Shown: positions 39,191 through 47,109, counted from the first letter of the stretch. The stretch is 59,965 bases of DNA from Flavobacteriaceae bacterium (GCA_034110725.1 JAWUYQ010000068.1:1-59965); one strand, 5' to 3'. Notes: generated from the letters alone by a model not told the origin. A program made the numbers and translations.

Positions 39191-40423
39191 TTAGAAATGA
39201 ATATCAAATTGTAAACGGTATTCTAACCCTCCTGTTTTAACACCAGTTTTATCAGAATAAGTAATATCCGACTGTACTTTAAGTTTGTGACCAGCTAAAA
39301 ATTTAGATGCTCCTAAAGTGTAGTAGTTAGTAGATAAGCCTGCTCCATTAAATTTTACATTTGTATAACGTCCTGCAACTTCCCAATTAGATTTAAATAA
39401 ATAACCAATTTGTGTGTTTACAGAGTTTCCTTTTTTAACAGCTTTTCCAGTAGTGTCTCCATCTGCATCCGTTGCAGGTGTACCATCAACGTTAACAGCT
39501 GTAGCTTCATTAGCATCTCTATTTGCGTATTCACCCATGAAAGAGATTCCTTTGTATTTAAACATAGCATCAACAAATACGGTGTTTACGTTTGTTTCAT
39601 AAAAACCTTCTTCACTATCATTTAACATGTAACTTCCTTGACTTCCTTTTTCCTTTACTGCTTTATCATTTAAGTTGTAAGTTGCACCAAGTGCTAGTTT
39701 TGGAGATGTTTCTCTTTTTAAATCACTTCCACTATAATCACCTTTCCCTTTGAATTCCCCAAATGGTAGCACTTCAACTCTTGCAGTATACTGGTGTCCA
39801 CCTAAATTCCCTGTTGTAATGTTTCTACCTTCTCCTTGAGAAATAGCAAACATATCTCTTACTAAGAATTTGTCAGATAAGTTAAAGTGATGTCTTAATT
39901 GTAGTCCTAAGTCACGGTCGATATTAAAATTACTATTTAATTTAGAACGGTCAACAAATTGTAAATTCCCAGAAGATATTACACGTTCTCTGTTGCCTGG
40001 TAATTTAGTTTGACCTGCCCATAAGCTAAAGTTTTTGTAGAAATTCCATTTTACAACGGCGTCTAAAATATATCTTGGTGCATTGTTTGTGTACTCAGAT
40101 GCTCCTCCGATGTCCTTGTTTGATAAACCTAGTTCAAGTTTATAAGTAAGTTTAGGACTATATGCATAACCACCAAATTTTAAACGAGCTCTTCTTACTA
40201 AAAAAGTGCTTTGAGCTTTTCCAAAATCTCCATTGGCATCCATATCCCATGCGTTTGTTGCTAAAAATTGCATTCTAGCTCCAACTTTCATAGTCCAAGT
40301 ACTGTCTTTTCCAACCAAGTTAAAAAGGCCTTTTCCGAATTTAGGACTATTAGTTTCTTGTGCTACAGCTGATAATCCGATTAAGATTATAAATACAGAT
40401 AAATAACTTTTTAAATTTTTCAT
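39191..40423 (-). CDS. phosphate-selective porin O/P family outer-membrane protein
   Basis: Signal peptide (MKNLKSYLSVFIILIGLSAVAQE), a beta-barrel pattern, a terminal F, and a position heading the pst cluster. The ATG at 40423 is preferred over the tracked 40456. Confidence 0.7.
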   Translation of the reverse strand: MKNLKSYLSVFIILIGLSAVAQETNSPKFGKGLFNLVGKDSTWTMKVGARMQFLATNAWDMDANGDFGKAQSTFLVRRARLKFGGYAYSPKLTYKLELGLSNKDIGGASEYTNNAPRYILDAVVKWNFYKNFSLWAGQTKLPGNRERVISSGNLQFVDRSKLNSNFNIDRDLGLQLRHHFNLSDKFLVRDMFAISQGEGRNITTGNLGGHQYTARVEVLPFGEFKGKGDYSGSDLKRETSPKLALGATYNLNDKAVKEKGSQGSYMLNDSEEGFYETNVNTVFVDAMFKYKGISFMGEYANRDANEATAVNVDGTPATDADGDTTGKAVKKGNSVNTQIGYLFKSNWEVAGRYTNVKFNGAGLSTNYYTLGASKFLAGHKLKVQSDITYSDKTGVKTGGLEYRLQFDIHF

Positions 40424-40463
40424 TTTATTGTGTCTTATTATTTTTTTGCACTGCAAATAACTG

Positions 40464-40499
40464 CACTTAATGTTAACTTAATGTTAAGTGAGGGTAAAT
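40464..40499 (-). promoter_or_regulatory. candidate Pho-box promoter of the porin gene
   Basis: The minus strand reads CTTAACATTAA-GTTAACATTAA (a perfect 11-bp tandem), then 8 nt, then TTATTTGCAGTGCAAAAAA. Confidence 0.45.
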
Positions 40500-40589
40500 A
40501 AATGAATAAGATTTTAGAGGTAATAATTGGAAATGAAATTTTTAGGCATTGTTTAACACGATCCAGTATAAATAACTATTCATTTCTCT

Positions 40590-40597
40590 TATATTTG
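40590..40597 (+). promoter_or_regulatory. candidate -7 box (TATATTTG) for mini-protein gene 1
   Basis: Perfect TAnnTTTG match, exactly 18 nt upstream of the in-frame GTG at 40616. The second cassette has the same box and spacing (43636-43643, GTG at 43662). Confidence 0.4.
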
Positions 40598-40615
40598 TTG
40601 AAATTTAGAAAAAGA

Positions 40616-40921
40616 GTGTTTAAATCATTTACAGTCATATTACTTTCGTGTCTTTTGACCTTATCAATTTTTTCGCCGCCGGTGATGTCATTGATGAGTG
40701 TTGACTGTATTACTGATGTGACTGACCTTGAAGATGAAGAAAAAGAAGAAAGTCAAGAAATAGAAGATACTGATATTGAAGAAGAAAACGAAGGAAATTT
40801 TTTTCAATCATTAATTTGTTTAAATGATTTTTTTACGATTAATGATAATATCACTTCAATATTTATTATTGATGTGTTGTCAATTTATTCTTTAGATATA
40901 CACCTTCCTCCTCCCGAATAG
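40616..40921 (+). CDS. small membrane-anchored acidic protein ending in LPPPE (mini-protein 1)
   Basis: N-terminal hydrophobic anchor (FKSFTVILLSCLLTLSIF), a D/E-rich linker, and a C-terminal block FFQSLI.LN....N...TSI..I...S.YSL.I.LPPPE shared with the paralog at 43662-43988. The tracked ATG at 40502 adds 38 aa that the paralog lacks, so the GTG at 40616 is preferred. Confidence 0.55.
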   Translation: MFKSFTVILLSCLLTLSIFSPPVMSLMSVDCITDVTDLEDEEKEESQEIEDTDIEEENEGNFFQSLICLNDFFTINDNITSIFIIDVLSIYSLDIHLPPPE

Positions 40922-41090
40922 ACAATATAGTTTGATTATATTATTCCCGCAATCTGGTTTAATACATGAAATTTACCTCACAATAGAATAATAGTGTTAA
41001 TTTTAACTATTTGAAAATACTCTATAGTAAATTGACTTAATTTTAAGAATCTCATTTTTTTTTAGGAGGTTTTGATAACAATAGATTATT

Positions 41091-42902
41091 ATGTTTAAAC
41101 ATTTTAAAGGAGACTTATTTGGTGGTATTACAGCCGGTATAGTTGCATTACCATTAGCATTAGCTTTTGGAGTTAGTTCTGGTTTAGGTCCAAGTGCAGG
41201 ATTATACGGGGCCATTTTTGTTAGTTTCTTTGCAGCGTTATTTGGAGGAACTAATACTCAAATTTCAGGGCCAACAGCACCTATGACTGCCGTGAGTATG
41301 GTAGTCATAGCAGGGATAGTTGCTGCTTTTGATGGAGATGTTAATAAAGCATTACCAGCAATTTTAAGTGTTTTTTTATTAGCTGGATTAATGCAAATAG
41401 GTTTAGGGTTAATAGGTTTAGGTAAATATATTAAATACATTCCTTATCCTGTAGTTTCTGGTTTTATGACAGCAATAGGGGTTATTATTTTGGTTACTCA
41501 AATTTTGCCTTCTATAGGATATTACACAAAAGAGGATGTTGAATTTGTAGAACAATTTAAACCGTATGCTGAAGAGATTATTCTTGATAATATATTAAAA
41601 GAAGAAGCAGGAGAAGGCATCTTAGTTTTAGAAGATTTTAAGCAAACCATAAAACAAGCTGAAGGTATTACTCAAGATCAGATTCTTCAGGAATCCCAGA
41701 CTTTAGCAAATTCAGATGCATCAGGTGTTTTAGGAACTATAAAAATTCTGCCTAGAGCATTACAGAAGATCAATTGGTTAGAGTTGCTATTAGCGTTAGG
41801 TACTATCCTTATTATATTTGGATTTAAAAAAATCACCACAAAAGTGCCCAGTACATTAGTAGCGTTGTTAGTGATGTCTGGAGTTGCAATAGGTTTCGGT
41901 TTGGATTATAGATCAATTCAAGAAATACCAAGCGGATTACCAATTCCTAACTTTGAAATTTTCACCCAATTTCAATTGAATAGTATTACTCCATATATTT
42001 TTACAGCACTTACTTTAGCCCTTTTAGGAGCGATAGATTCTTTGTTAACATCAGTAGTGGCAGATAATATGACTAAAACCAAGCATAAACCTAATAAGGA
42101 ATTAATTGGTCAAGGAATTGGAAATAGTATTGGAGCGCTGTTCGGAGGTATTCCAGGAGCAGGAGCAACAATTAGAACTGTAGTAAATATAAATGCAGGA
42201 GGGAAAACAAAACTATCGGGAATGGTAGCAGGTGTAATGTTACTTATTGTTCTGTTGGCATTAGGGCCAATAGCTTCAAAAATTCCAGCTGCTGTTTTAG
42301 CAGGGATTTTAGTTACCGTAGGAATTGGAGTAATGGATTATAAAGGGTTGAAAGCAATTCCTTACATGCCAAAACCAGAAGTGATTATTATGCTAGTTGT
42401 ATTGGTGTTATCATCTGTATGGAACTTAGTATATGCTGTTGGAATAGGTTTGGTGATCGCTTCGTTAATGTTTATGAAAAAAATGGGGGATCTAACTGCT
42501 GAAGGTTCTGATTTAGAGCCATTTAAAGAGGAGCAATGGCCTGATGAAGTAAACCTTCCTAAAAGCTTAAAAGATGATGTTTTTATCAAACACATAAAAG
42601 GGCCTTTGTTTTTTGGTTCTACAAATGATTTTCAAGCACTGGCAAAACAAATTCCTGAAACAGCGTCTACCGTAGTAATCCGATTGGATAGAATGCAGTA
42701 TGTGGATCAATCAGGGTTATATGCCATGGAAGATGTATTAGTCGATTTGATTAAAGGAGGTAAAAGTATAGCTTTTGTAGGGATATTAAAGCAACCTAAG
42801 TATATGTTCGAACGCATAGATATAATCCCAGATTTAGTTCCTAAGGAACAATTATTTAAGGATTTTAAAGAATGTTTAATTTGGATTAAAAAGAAGTATT
42901 AA
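41091..42902 (+). CDS. SulP family inorganic anion transporter with a C-terminal STAS domain (paralog 1)
   Basis: Sulfate_transp core (GDLFGGITAGIVALPLALAFG...), about 12 TM helices and a STAS domain (VVIRLDRMQYVDQSG). Confidence 0.9.
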   Translation: MFKHFKGDLFGGITAGIVALPLALAFGVSSGLGPSAGLYGAIFVSFFAALFGGTNTQISGPTAPMTAVSMVVIAGIVAAFDGDVNKALPAILSVFLLAGLMQIGLGLIGLGKYIKYIPYPVVSGFMTAIGVIILVTQILPSIGYYTKEDVEFVEQFKPYAEEIILDNILKEEAGEGILVLEDFKQTIKQAEGITQDQILQESQTLANSDASGVLGTIKILPRALQKINWLELLLALGTILIIFGFKKITTKVPSTLVALLVMSGVAIGFGLDYRSIQEIPSGLPIPNFEIFTQFQLNSITPYIFTALTLALLGAIDSLLTSVVADNMTKTKHKPNKELIGQGIGNSIGALFGGIPGAGATIRTVVNINAGGKTKLSGMVAGVMLLIVLLALGPIASKIPAAVLAGILVTVGIGVMDYKGLKAIPYMPKPEVIIMLVVLVLSSVWNLVYAVGIGLVIASLMFMKKMGDLTAEGSDLEPFKEEQWPDEVNLPKSLKDDVFIKHIKGPLFFGSTNDFQALAKQIPETASTVVIRLDRMQYVDQSGLYAMEDVLVDLIKGGKSIAFVGILKQPKYMFERIDIIPDLVPKEQLFKDFKECLIWIKKKY

Positions 42903-42905
42903 GAT

Positions 42906-43508
42906 ATGAGAACACAAACAAAAATAACTCAAGATAACCTTACACCAAAAGATGCACATTACATTTTGGTTGAAGGAAATAAAAGATTTACTCAAAATTT
43001 AAAAACGCAAAGAGATTTGCAAGCTCAAGTTTTAGAAACAAGTAAAGGGCAATATCCTTTTGCTGTTATACTTAGTTGTATTGATTCACGAGTTCCTGCA
43101 GAATTGGTTTTTGATCAAGGAATTGGGGATGTATTTAGCGCAAGAGTTGCTGGAAATATTATCAATGAGGATATATTGGGTTCAATGGAATATGCTTGTA
43201 AAGTTGCTGGTTCAAAAATTGTTGTTGTAATGGGGCATTCAAAATGTGGAGCAGTAACTGCTGCTTGTAAGCATGTTGAGTTGGGAAATGTCACGGCTTT
43301 ATTAGATAAGATTCAACCTGCTGTAAATGCTATTGATGAAGAAATGAGTGACGCTAAAGTAGAAAAGGTAGCAGCTGTGAATGTGAAATTATCGATTGAA
43401 AGAATCAGAAAAGAAAGTCCTATTTTATCAGAGATGGAAAAAGAAGGTCAGATTGAGATAGTTGGTGCTATGTATAATGTTAGTGACGGATCTGTTACTT
43501 TTTATTAA
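42906..43508 (+). CDS. beta-class carbonic anhydrase (paralog 1)
   Basis: Zinc ligand motifs SCIDSR (CxDxR) and GHSKCGA (HxxC). It starts 3 nt after the SulP stop. Confidence 0.9.
   Translation: MRTQTKITQDNLTPKDAHYILVEGNKRFTQNLKTQRDLQAQVLETSKGQYPFAVILSCIDSRVPAELVFDQGIGDVFSARVAGNIINEDILGSMEYACKVAGSKIVVVMGHSKCGAVTAACKHVELGNVTALLDKIQPAVNAIDEEMSDAKVEKVAAVNVKLSIERIRKESPILSEMEKEGQIEIVGAMYNVSDGSVTFY
43047..43420 (+). repeat. dispersed direct repeat (carbonic anhydrase core), copy 1
   Basis: About 374 nt that are roughly 90% identical by hand alignment to 45805-46178. The first 66 nt are identical, including third codon positions. Confidence 0.8.
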
Positions 43509-43540
43509 TTGAAACTTGTGTTGAATCCAGTATAAATATT

Positions 43541-43571
43541 AAAAAAAAGGCTCAAATGAGCTCTTTTTTTT
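43541..43571 (+). terminator. weak terminator-like element between the two cassettes
   Basis: A8-GGCTCAAATGAGCTC-T8. Only a 4-5 bp stem (GCTC/GAGC), but with strong flanking A and T runs. Confidence 0.35.
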
Positions 43572-43635
43572 GACTAAAATACCGTTAATATATTTTATTT
43601 AACATGTCAATAGAAGCTTAGTTTATGGTTTCTAT

Positions 43636-43643
43636 TATATTTG
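43636..43643 (+). promoter_or_regulatory. candidate -7 box (TATATTTG) for mini-protein gene 2
   Basis: Perfect TAnnTTTG match, 18 nt upstream of the GTG at 43662. The tracked TTG start at 43641 lies inside this box. Confidence 0.4.
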
Positions 43644-43661
43644 CAAAATAAATTCAAATTA

Positions 43662-43988
43662 GTGTTTAAATCGTTTGCCATCATATCGCTTTCATTAATC
43701 TTAACTTTATCCATTCTGGCTCCGTCATTGGTATCGTTAATAAATATAGAGTGCCATATAGTTATGGAAGATTCAAACGATGATGAAAGAGAAGGTAGTG
43801 AAGAAAAAGAAATAGAAGATATTGATACTGAATAAAATGAAGAGGAGAAAGAAAAACCATTCTTTTTATCAGTAATCGATTTAAATTTTTATAACATTAA
43901 TACTGCATTAACTTCAATTTATTTTATTGAAGGAGTTTCTACATATTCATTAGAAATTCAACTCCCCCCACCAGAATACAATACATAG
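43662..43988 (+). pseudogene. mini-protein 2, paralog of 40616-40921, interrupted by an in-frame TAA at 43833-43835
   Basis: Upstream of the TAA: anchor plus acidic linker (FKSFAIISLSLILTLSILAPS...EDSNDDEREGSEEKEIEDIDTE). In the same frame downstream: NEEEKEKPFFLSVIDLNFYNINTALTSIYFIEGVSTYSLEIQLPPPEYNT, which aligns with the C-terminus of mini-protein 1. Confidence 0.5.
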
Positions 43989-44055
43989 TTTACCGTTTTT
44001 TTAATTTTTAAAAACGCCTTCATTTTATAATGTGGGCAAAATAACTATATATTAT

Positions 44056-45636
44056 ATGTTTAAATACATTAAAAACGACTTGCCAGCAAGTGTCGTTGTG
44101 TTTTTTGTAGCATTACCTTTATGTTTAGGTATTGCTTTAGCAAGTGGAGCTCCGCTATTTTCAGGAGTTATAGCCGGTGTTATTGGTGGAATTATTGTAG
44201 GGTCATTAAGTGGTTCTCAACTTGGAGTTAGTGGGCCCGCAGCAGGATTAGCTGCTATTGTTTTTACTGCTATTGTTGATTTAGGAGGTTATGAAAACTT
44301 CCTTTTAGCTGTAGTTTTAGGAGGGGTTATTCAATTGGTTTTTGGTTTTTTAAAAGCAGGGATTATTGGCTATTATTTTCCTTCATCCGTTATCAAAGGG
44401 ATGTTAACAGGTATAGGTTTAATAATTATTTTGAAACAAATACCACATTTCTTTGGTTATGATTCAGATCCTGAAGGAGATTTTAGTTTTTTACAAATAG
44501 ATGGTGAAAACACCTTTTCAGAAATAATAAAAAGTTTTAAGCATATTAGCATTGGGTCTACAACAATTGCATTGTTAGGGATGGTTATTATGTTACTATG
44601 GGATACTGTTTTAGCTAAAAAAGCAAAGTTCTTTAAGGTAATTCAAGGGCCTTTAGTGGCTGTTGTTATTGGGGTTTTATATTATATTTTAACTGCTAAC
44701 AATAGTGTGTTCGGAATAGCAGCAGAGAACCTAGTTAGTGTTCCGGTTCCCGATAGTGCTTCATCATTTTTTAATCAATTTAGTGTTCCGAATTTTGGAG
44801 CTATTACCAACCCTAAAATTTGGATTGTAGCTTTTACGATTGCTTTAGTTGCAAGTTTAGAAACGCTATTATGTGTTGAAGCTGCGGATAAACTTGATCC
44901 TGAAAAACGTGTTACACCAACCAATAGAGAATTGTTAGCTCAAGGTACTGGAAACATCCTTTCGGGACTTATTGGAGGATTACCTATAACACAGGTAATT
45001 GTACGTAGTTCTGCAAATGTACAATCCGGAGGTAGAACAAAGTTATCTGCAATTATTCATGGATTTTTATTATTGATCTCAGTAATCTTAATGCCTAGTA
45101 TTTTAAATAAAATACCACTTTCAGTATTGGCGGCAATATTATTGATTGTAGGATACAAATTAGCGAAACCATCATTGTTTATAAGTATGTTTAAAATGGG
45201 ATGGAAACAATTTCTTCCATTCGCAGTTACAGTAGTAGGTATTGTCTTTACCGATTTATTAGTTGGTATTGGGCTAGGATTAGGAGTAGGGGTAGTAGTA
45301 ATTTTAATTAAAAGTTATCAAAATTCTCATTTCTTGCATATTGAAGATAAAAGTAATGGAGTACATAAAATTAAAATGACACTAGCAGAAGAGGTTACTT
45401 TTTTCAACAAAGGAGCTATTTTAAAAGAACTCGATTCTTTGCCTAATGATACTTATTTAGAAATAGATGTACGAAAAACGCGCTATTTAGATAATGATAT
45501 TATTGAAATTCTAGATGATTTTTCTGAAAAAGCTGAAAACAAAGGCATTAATGTCAAGCTACTCTCTGAAAGGGGAATTATCGAAAACCCTAAAAGTTAT
45601 ATTGAGTTCTTTAAGCTAAGACCTCAAACAGTTTAA
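44056..45636 (+). CDS. SulP family inorganic anion transporter with a C-terminal STAS domain (paralog 2)
   Basis: MFKYIKNDLPASVVVFFVALPLCLGIALASG..., Sulfate_transp core and a STAS domain (YLEIDVRKTRYLDNDIIE). The ATG at 44056 is preferred over the GTG at 44032. Confidence 0.9.
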   Translation: MFKYIKNDLPASVVVFFVALPLCLGIALASGAPLFSGVIAGVIGGIIVGSLSGSQLGVSGPAAGLAAIVFTAIVDLGGYENFLLAVVLGGVIQLVFGFLKAGIIGYYFPSSVIKGMLTGIGLIIILKQIPHFFGYDSDPEGDFSFLQIDGENTFSEIIKSFKHISIGSTTIALLGMVIMLLWDTVLAKKAKFFKVIQGPLVAVVIGVLYYILTANNSVFGIAAENLVSVPVPDSASSFFNQFSVPNFGAITNPKIWIVAFTIALVASLETLLCVEAADKLDPEKRVTPTNRELLAQGTGNILSGLIGGLPITQVIVRSSANVQSGGRTKLSAIIHGFLLLISVILMPSILNKIPLSVLAAILLIVGYKLAKPSLFISMFKMGWKQFLPFAVTVVGIVFTDLLVGIGLGLGVGVVVILIKSYQNSHFLHIEDKSNGVHKIKMTLAEEVTFFNKGAILKELDSLPNDTYLEIDVRKTRYLDNDIIEILDDFSEKAENKGINVKLLSERGIIENPKSYIEFFKLRPQTV

Positions 45637-45663
45637 TTACGAATTAGTTAAAAATAAAATATT

Positions 45664-46269
45664 ATGAAAGCACATACAAAAGAAACACAAGCAACAATGA
45701 CTCCTCAGAAATCGTTACAATTTTTAAAAGAAGGTAACCAAAGATTTCAACAAAATTTAAAGGCTAATAGAGATTTATTAGAGCAAGTTAGTGGTACTTC
45801 ACATGGGCAATATCCTTTTGCTGTTATACTTAGTTGTATTGATTCACGAGTTCCTGCAGAATTGGTTTTCGATCAAGGAATTGGGGATGTTTTTAGCGCA
45901 AGAGTAGCCGGAAATATTATCAATGAAGATATGTTAGGGTCAATGGAATATGCCTGTAAAGTTGCTGGATCAAAAATTGTTGTTGTAATGGGGCATTCCA
46001 AGTGTGGAGCAGTAACTGCCGCCTGTAAGCATGTTGAATTAGGAAATATAACAACGTTATTAGATAAAATTCAACCAGCAGTCTCAGCAGTTGATGAAGA
46101 AATGAGTGATGCTAAAGTAGAAAAAGTAGCGGCTGTAAATGTGAAATTATCTATTGAAAGAGTCAGAAATGAAAGTTCAATATTAGCGGAGTTAGAGGCA
46201 GCAGGTGAAATAGAGATAGTAGGAGCAATGTATGATGTTACTACTGGAGCCGTTTCTTTTTATGAATAA
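45664..46269 (+). CDS. beta-class carbonic anhydrase (paralog 2)
   Basis: The same CxDxR and HxxC motifs as paralog 1. It starts 27 nt after the SulP stop. Confidence 0.9.
   Translation: MKAHTKETQATMTPQKSLQFLKEGNQRFQQNLKANRDLLEQVSGTSHGQYPFAVILSCIDSRVPAELVFDQGIGDVFSARVAGNIINEDMLGSMEYACKVAGSKIVVVMGHSKCGAVTAACKHVELGNITTLLDKIQPAVSAVDEEMSDAKVEKVAAVNVKLSIERVRNESSILAELEAAGEIEIVGAMYDVTTGAVSFYE
45805..46178 (+). repeat. dispersed direct repeat (carbonic anhydrase core), copy 2
   Basis: Partner of 43047-43420, at an offset of 2758 nt. Confidence 0.8.
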
Positions 46270-46284
46270 AAATATCTTACAAAT

Positions 46285-46968
46285 ATGAAGATCATAAAAA
46301 AGATAAATAAAGTATGTTTAGGAGTATTAACCATTGTGTTAATGCTCCCTATGCTTGCTCAGAGCCAAGATAGTAACTTAGGGAACTGGTTAATATATAT
46401 TGGTAGTAAAAAGGTAGATTCAACATGGAATATTCATAGTGAAATACAATATAGAAACTATGATGCTATCGGAGATCTTGAACAATTACTATTACGAACA
46501 GGAGTAGGTTATAATTTAACGGAGAATAACAATAATTTACTTTTAGGATATGGTTATATCCTTTCCGAAAATTATATAGCGGATACTAATGAAAAAAACG
46601 CAGTAAATGAGCACAGGATTTATCAGCAATTTACAACAAAACAAGGAGTAGGTAAATTGAAGTTGAAGCATCGTTACAGATTTGAGCAACGCTTTGTAGC
46701 ATCAGATTTTAAAATGCGTTTCCGTTATTTTTTATCACTTAATTACCCTTTGATTGCAAAAGAATCTTCAAGTAAGATGCTTTATGCCTCTGCTTATAAT
46801 GAAATATTTCTAAATACAGAAAAATCTGTTTTTGATAGGAATAGAGTTTTTGGTGGATTAGGCTGGAAGTTAAATGATAATATAAAATTTGAAATTGGCT
46901 ATATGAATCAGTTTTTTGAAGATTCAGGAAGAGATCAGATTAACGTAATTACCTTTATTAATTTCTAA
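46285..46968 (+). CDS. DUF2490-like outer-membrane protein
   Basis: Signal peptide and a beta-rich pattern (GNW.......W......Q.R........EQLLLRTGVGYNL). It starts 15 nt after the second carbonic anhydrase gene. The family assignment is from memory. Confidence 0.5.
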   Translation: MKIIKKINKVCLGVLTIVLMLPMLAQSQDSNLGNWLIYIGSKKVDSTWNIHSEIQYRNYDAIGDLEQLLLRTGVGYNLTENNNNLLLGYGYILSENYIADTNEKNAVNEHRIYQQFTTKQGVGKLKLKHRYRFEQRFVASDFKMRFRYFLSLNYPLIAKESSSKMLYASAYNEIFLNTEKSVFDRNRVFGGLGWKLNDNIKFEIGYMNQFFEDSGRDQINVITFINF

Positions 46969-46976
46969 GAATAAAT

Positions 46977-47005
46977 AAAGGGGTAATTTACATTACCCCT
47001 TTTTA
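46977..47005. terminator. bidirectional rho-independent terminator
   Basis: 8-bp stem 46980-46987/46992-46999 (GGGGTAAT/ATTACCCC), followed by T5 on the + strand, between convergent genes. Confidence 0.65.
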
Positions 47006-47109
47006 TTAAACTAAACGATTAACTTAACCTTGCAAAAAATAAAAAGACTACGTTTAGTTTAAAATAAACAACACCACAAAAATGTCTTTTATATTTTTTA
47101 ATATAAAGT

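Noticed and set aside
40502-40615. N-terminal 38-aa extension of mini-protein 1 from the tracked ATG
   Set aside because: The paralogous gene has no equivalent extension. A perfect -7 box (40590-40597) lies inside it. The region also carries the divergent porin promoter and Pho boxes, so the GTG at 40616 fits better.
41003-41215. 70-aa minus-strand ORF overlapping the SulP-1 start
   Set aside because: It is antisense to the conserved N-terminus of the SulP gene and has no supporting signals.
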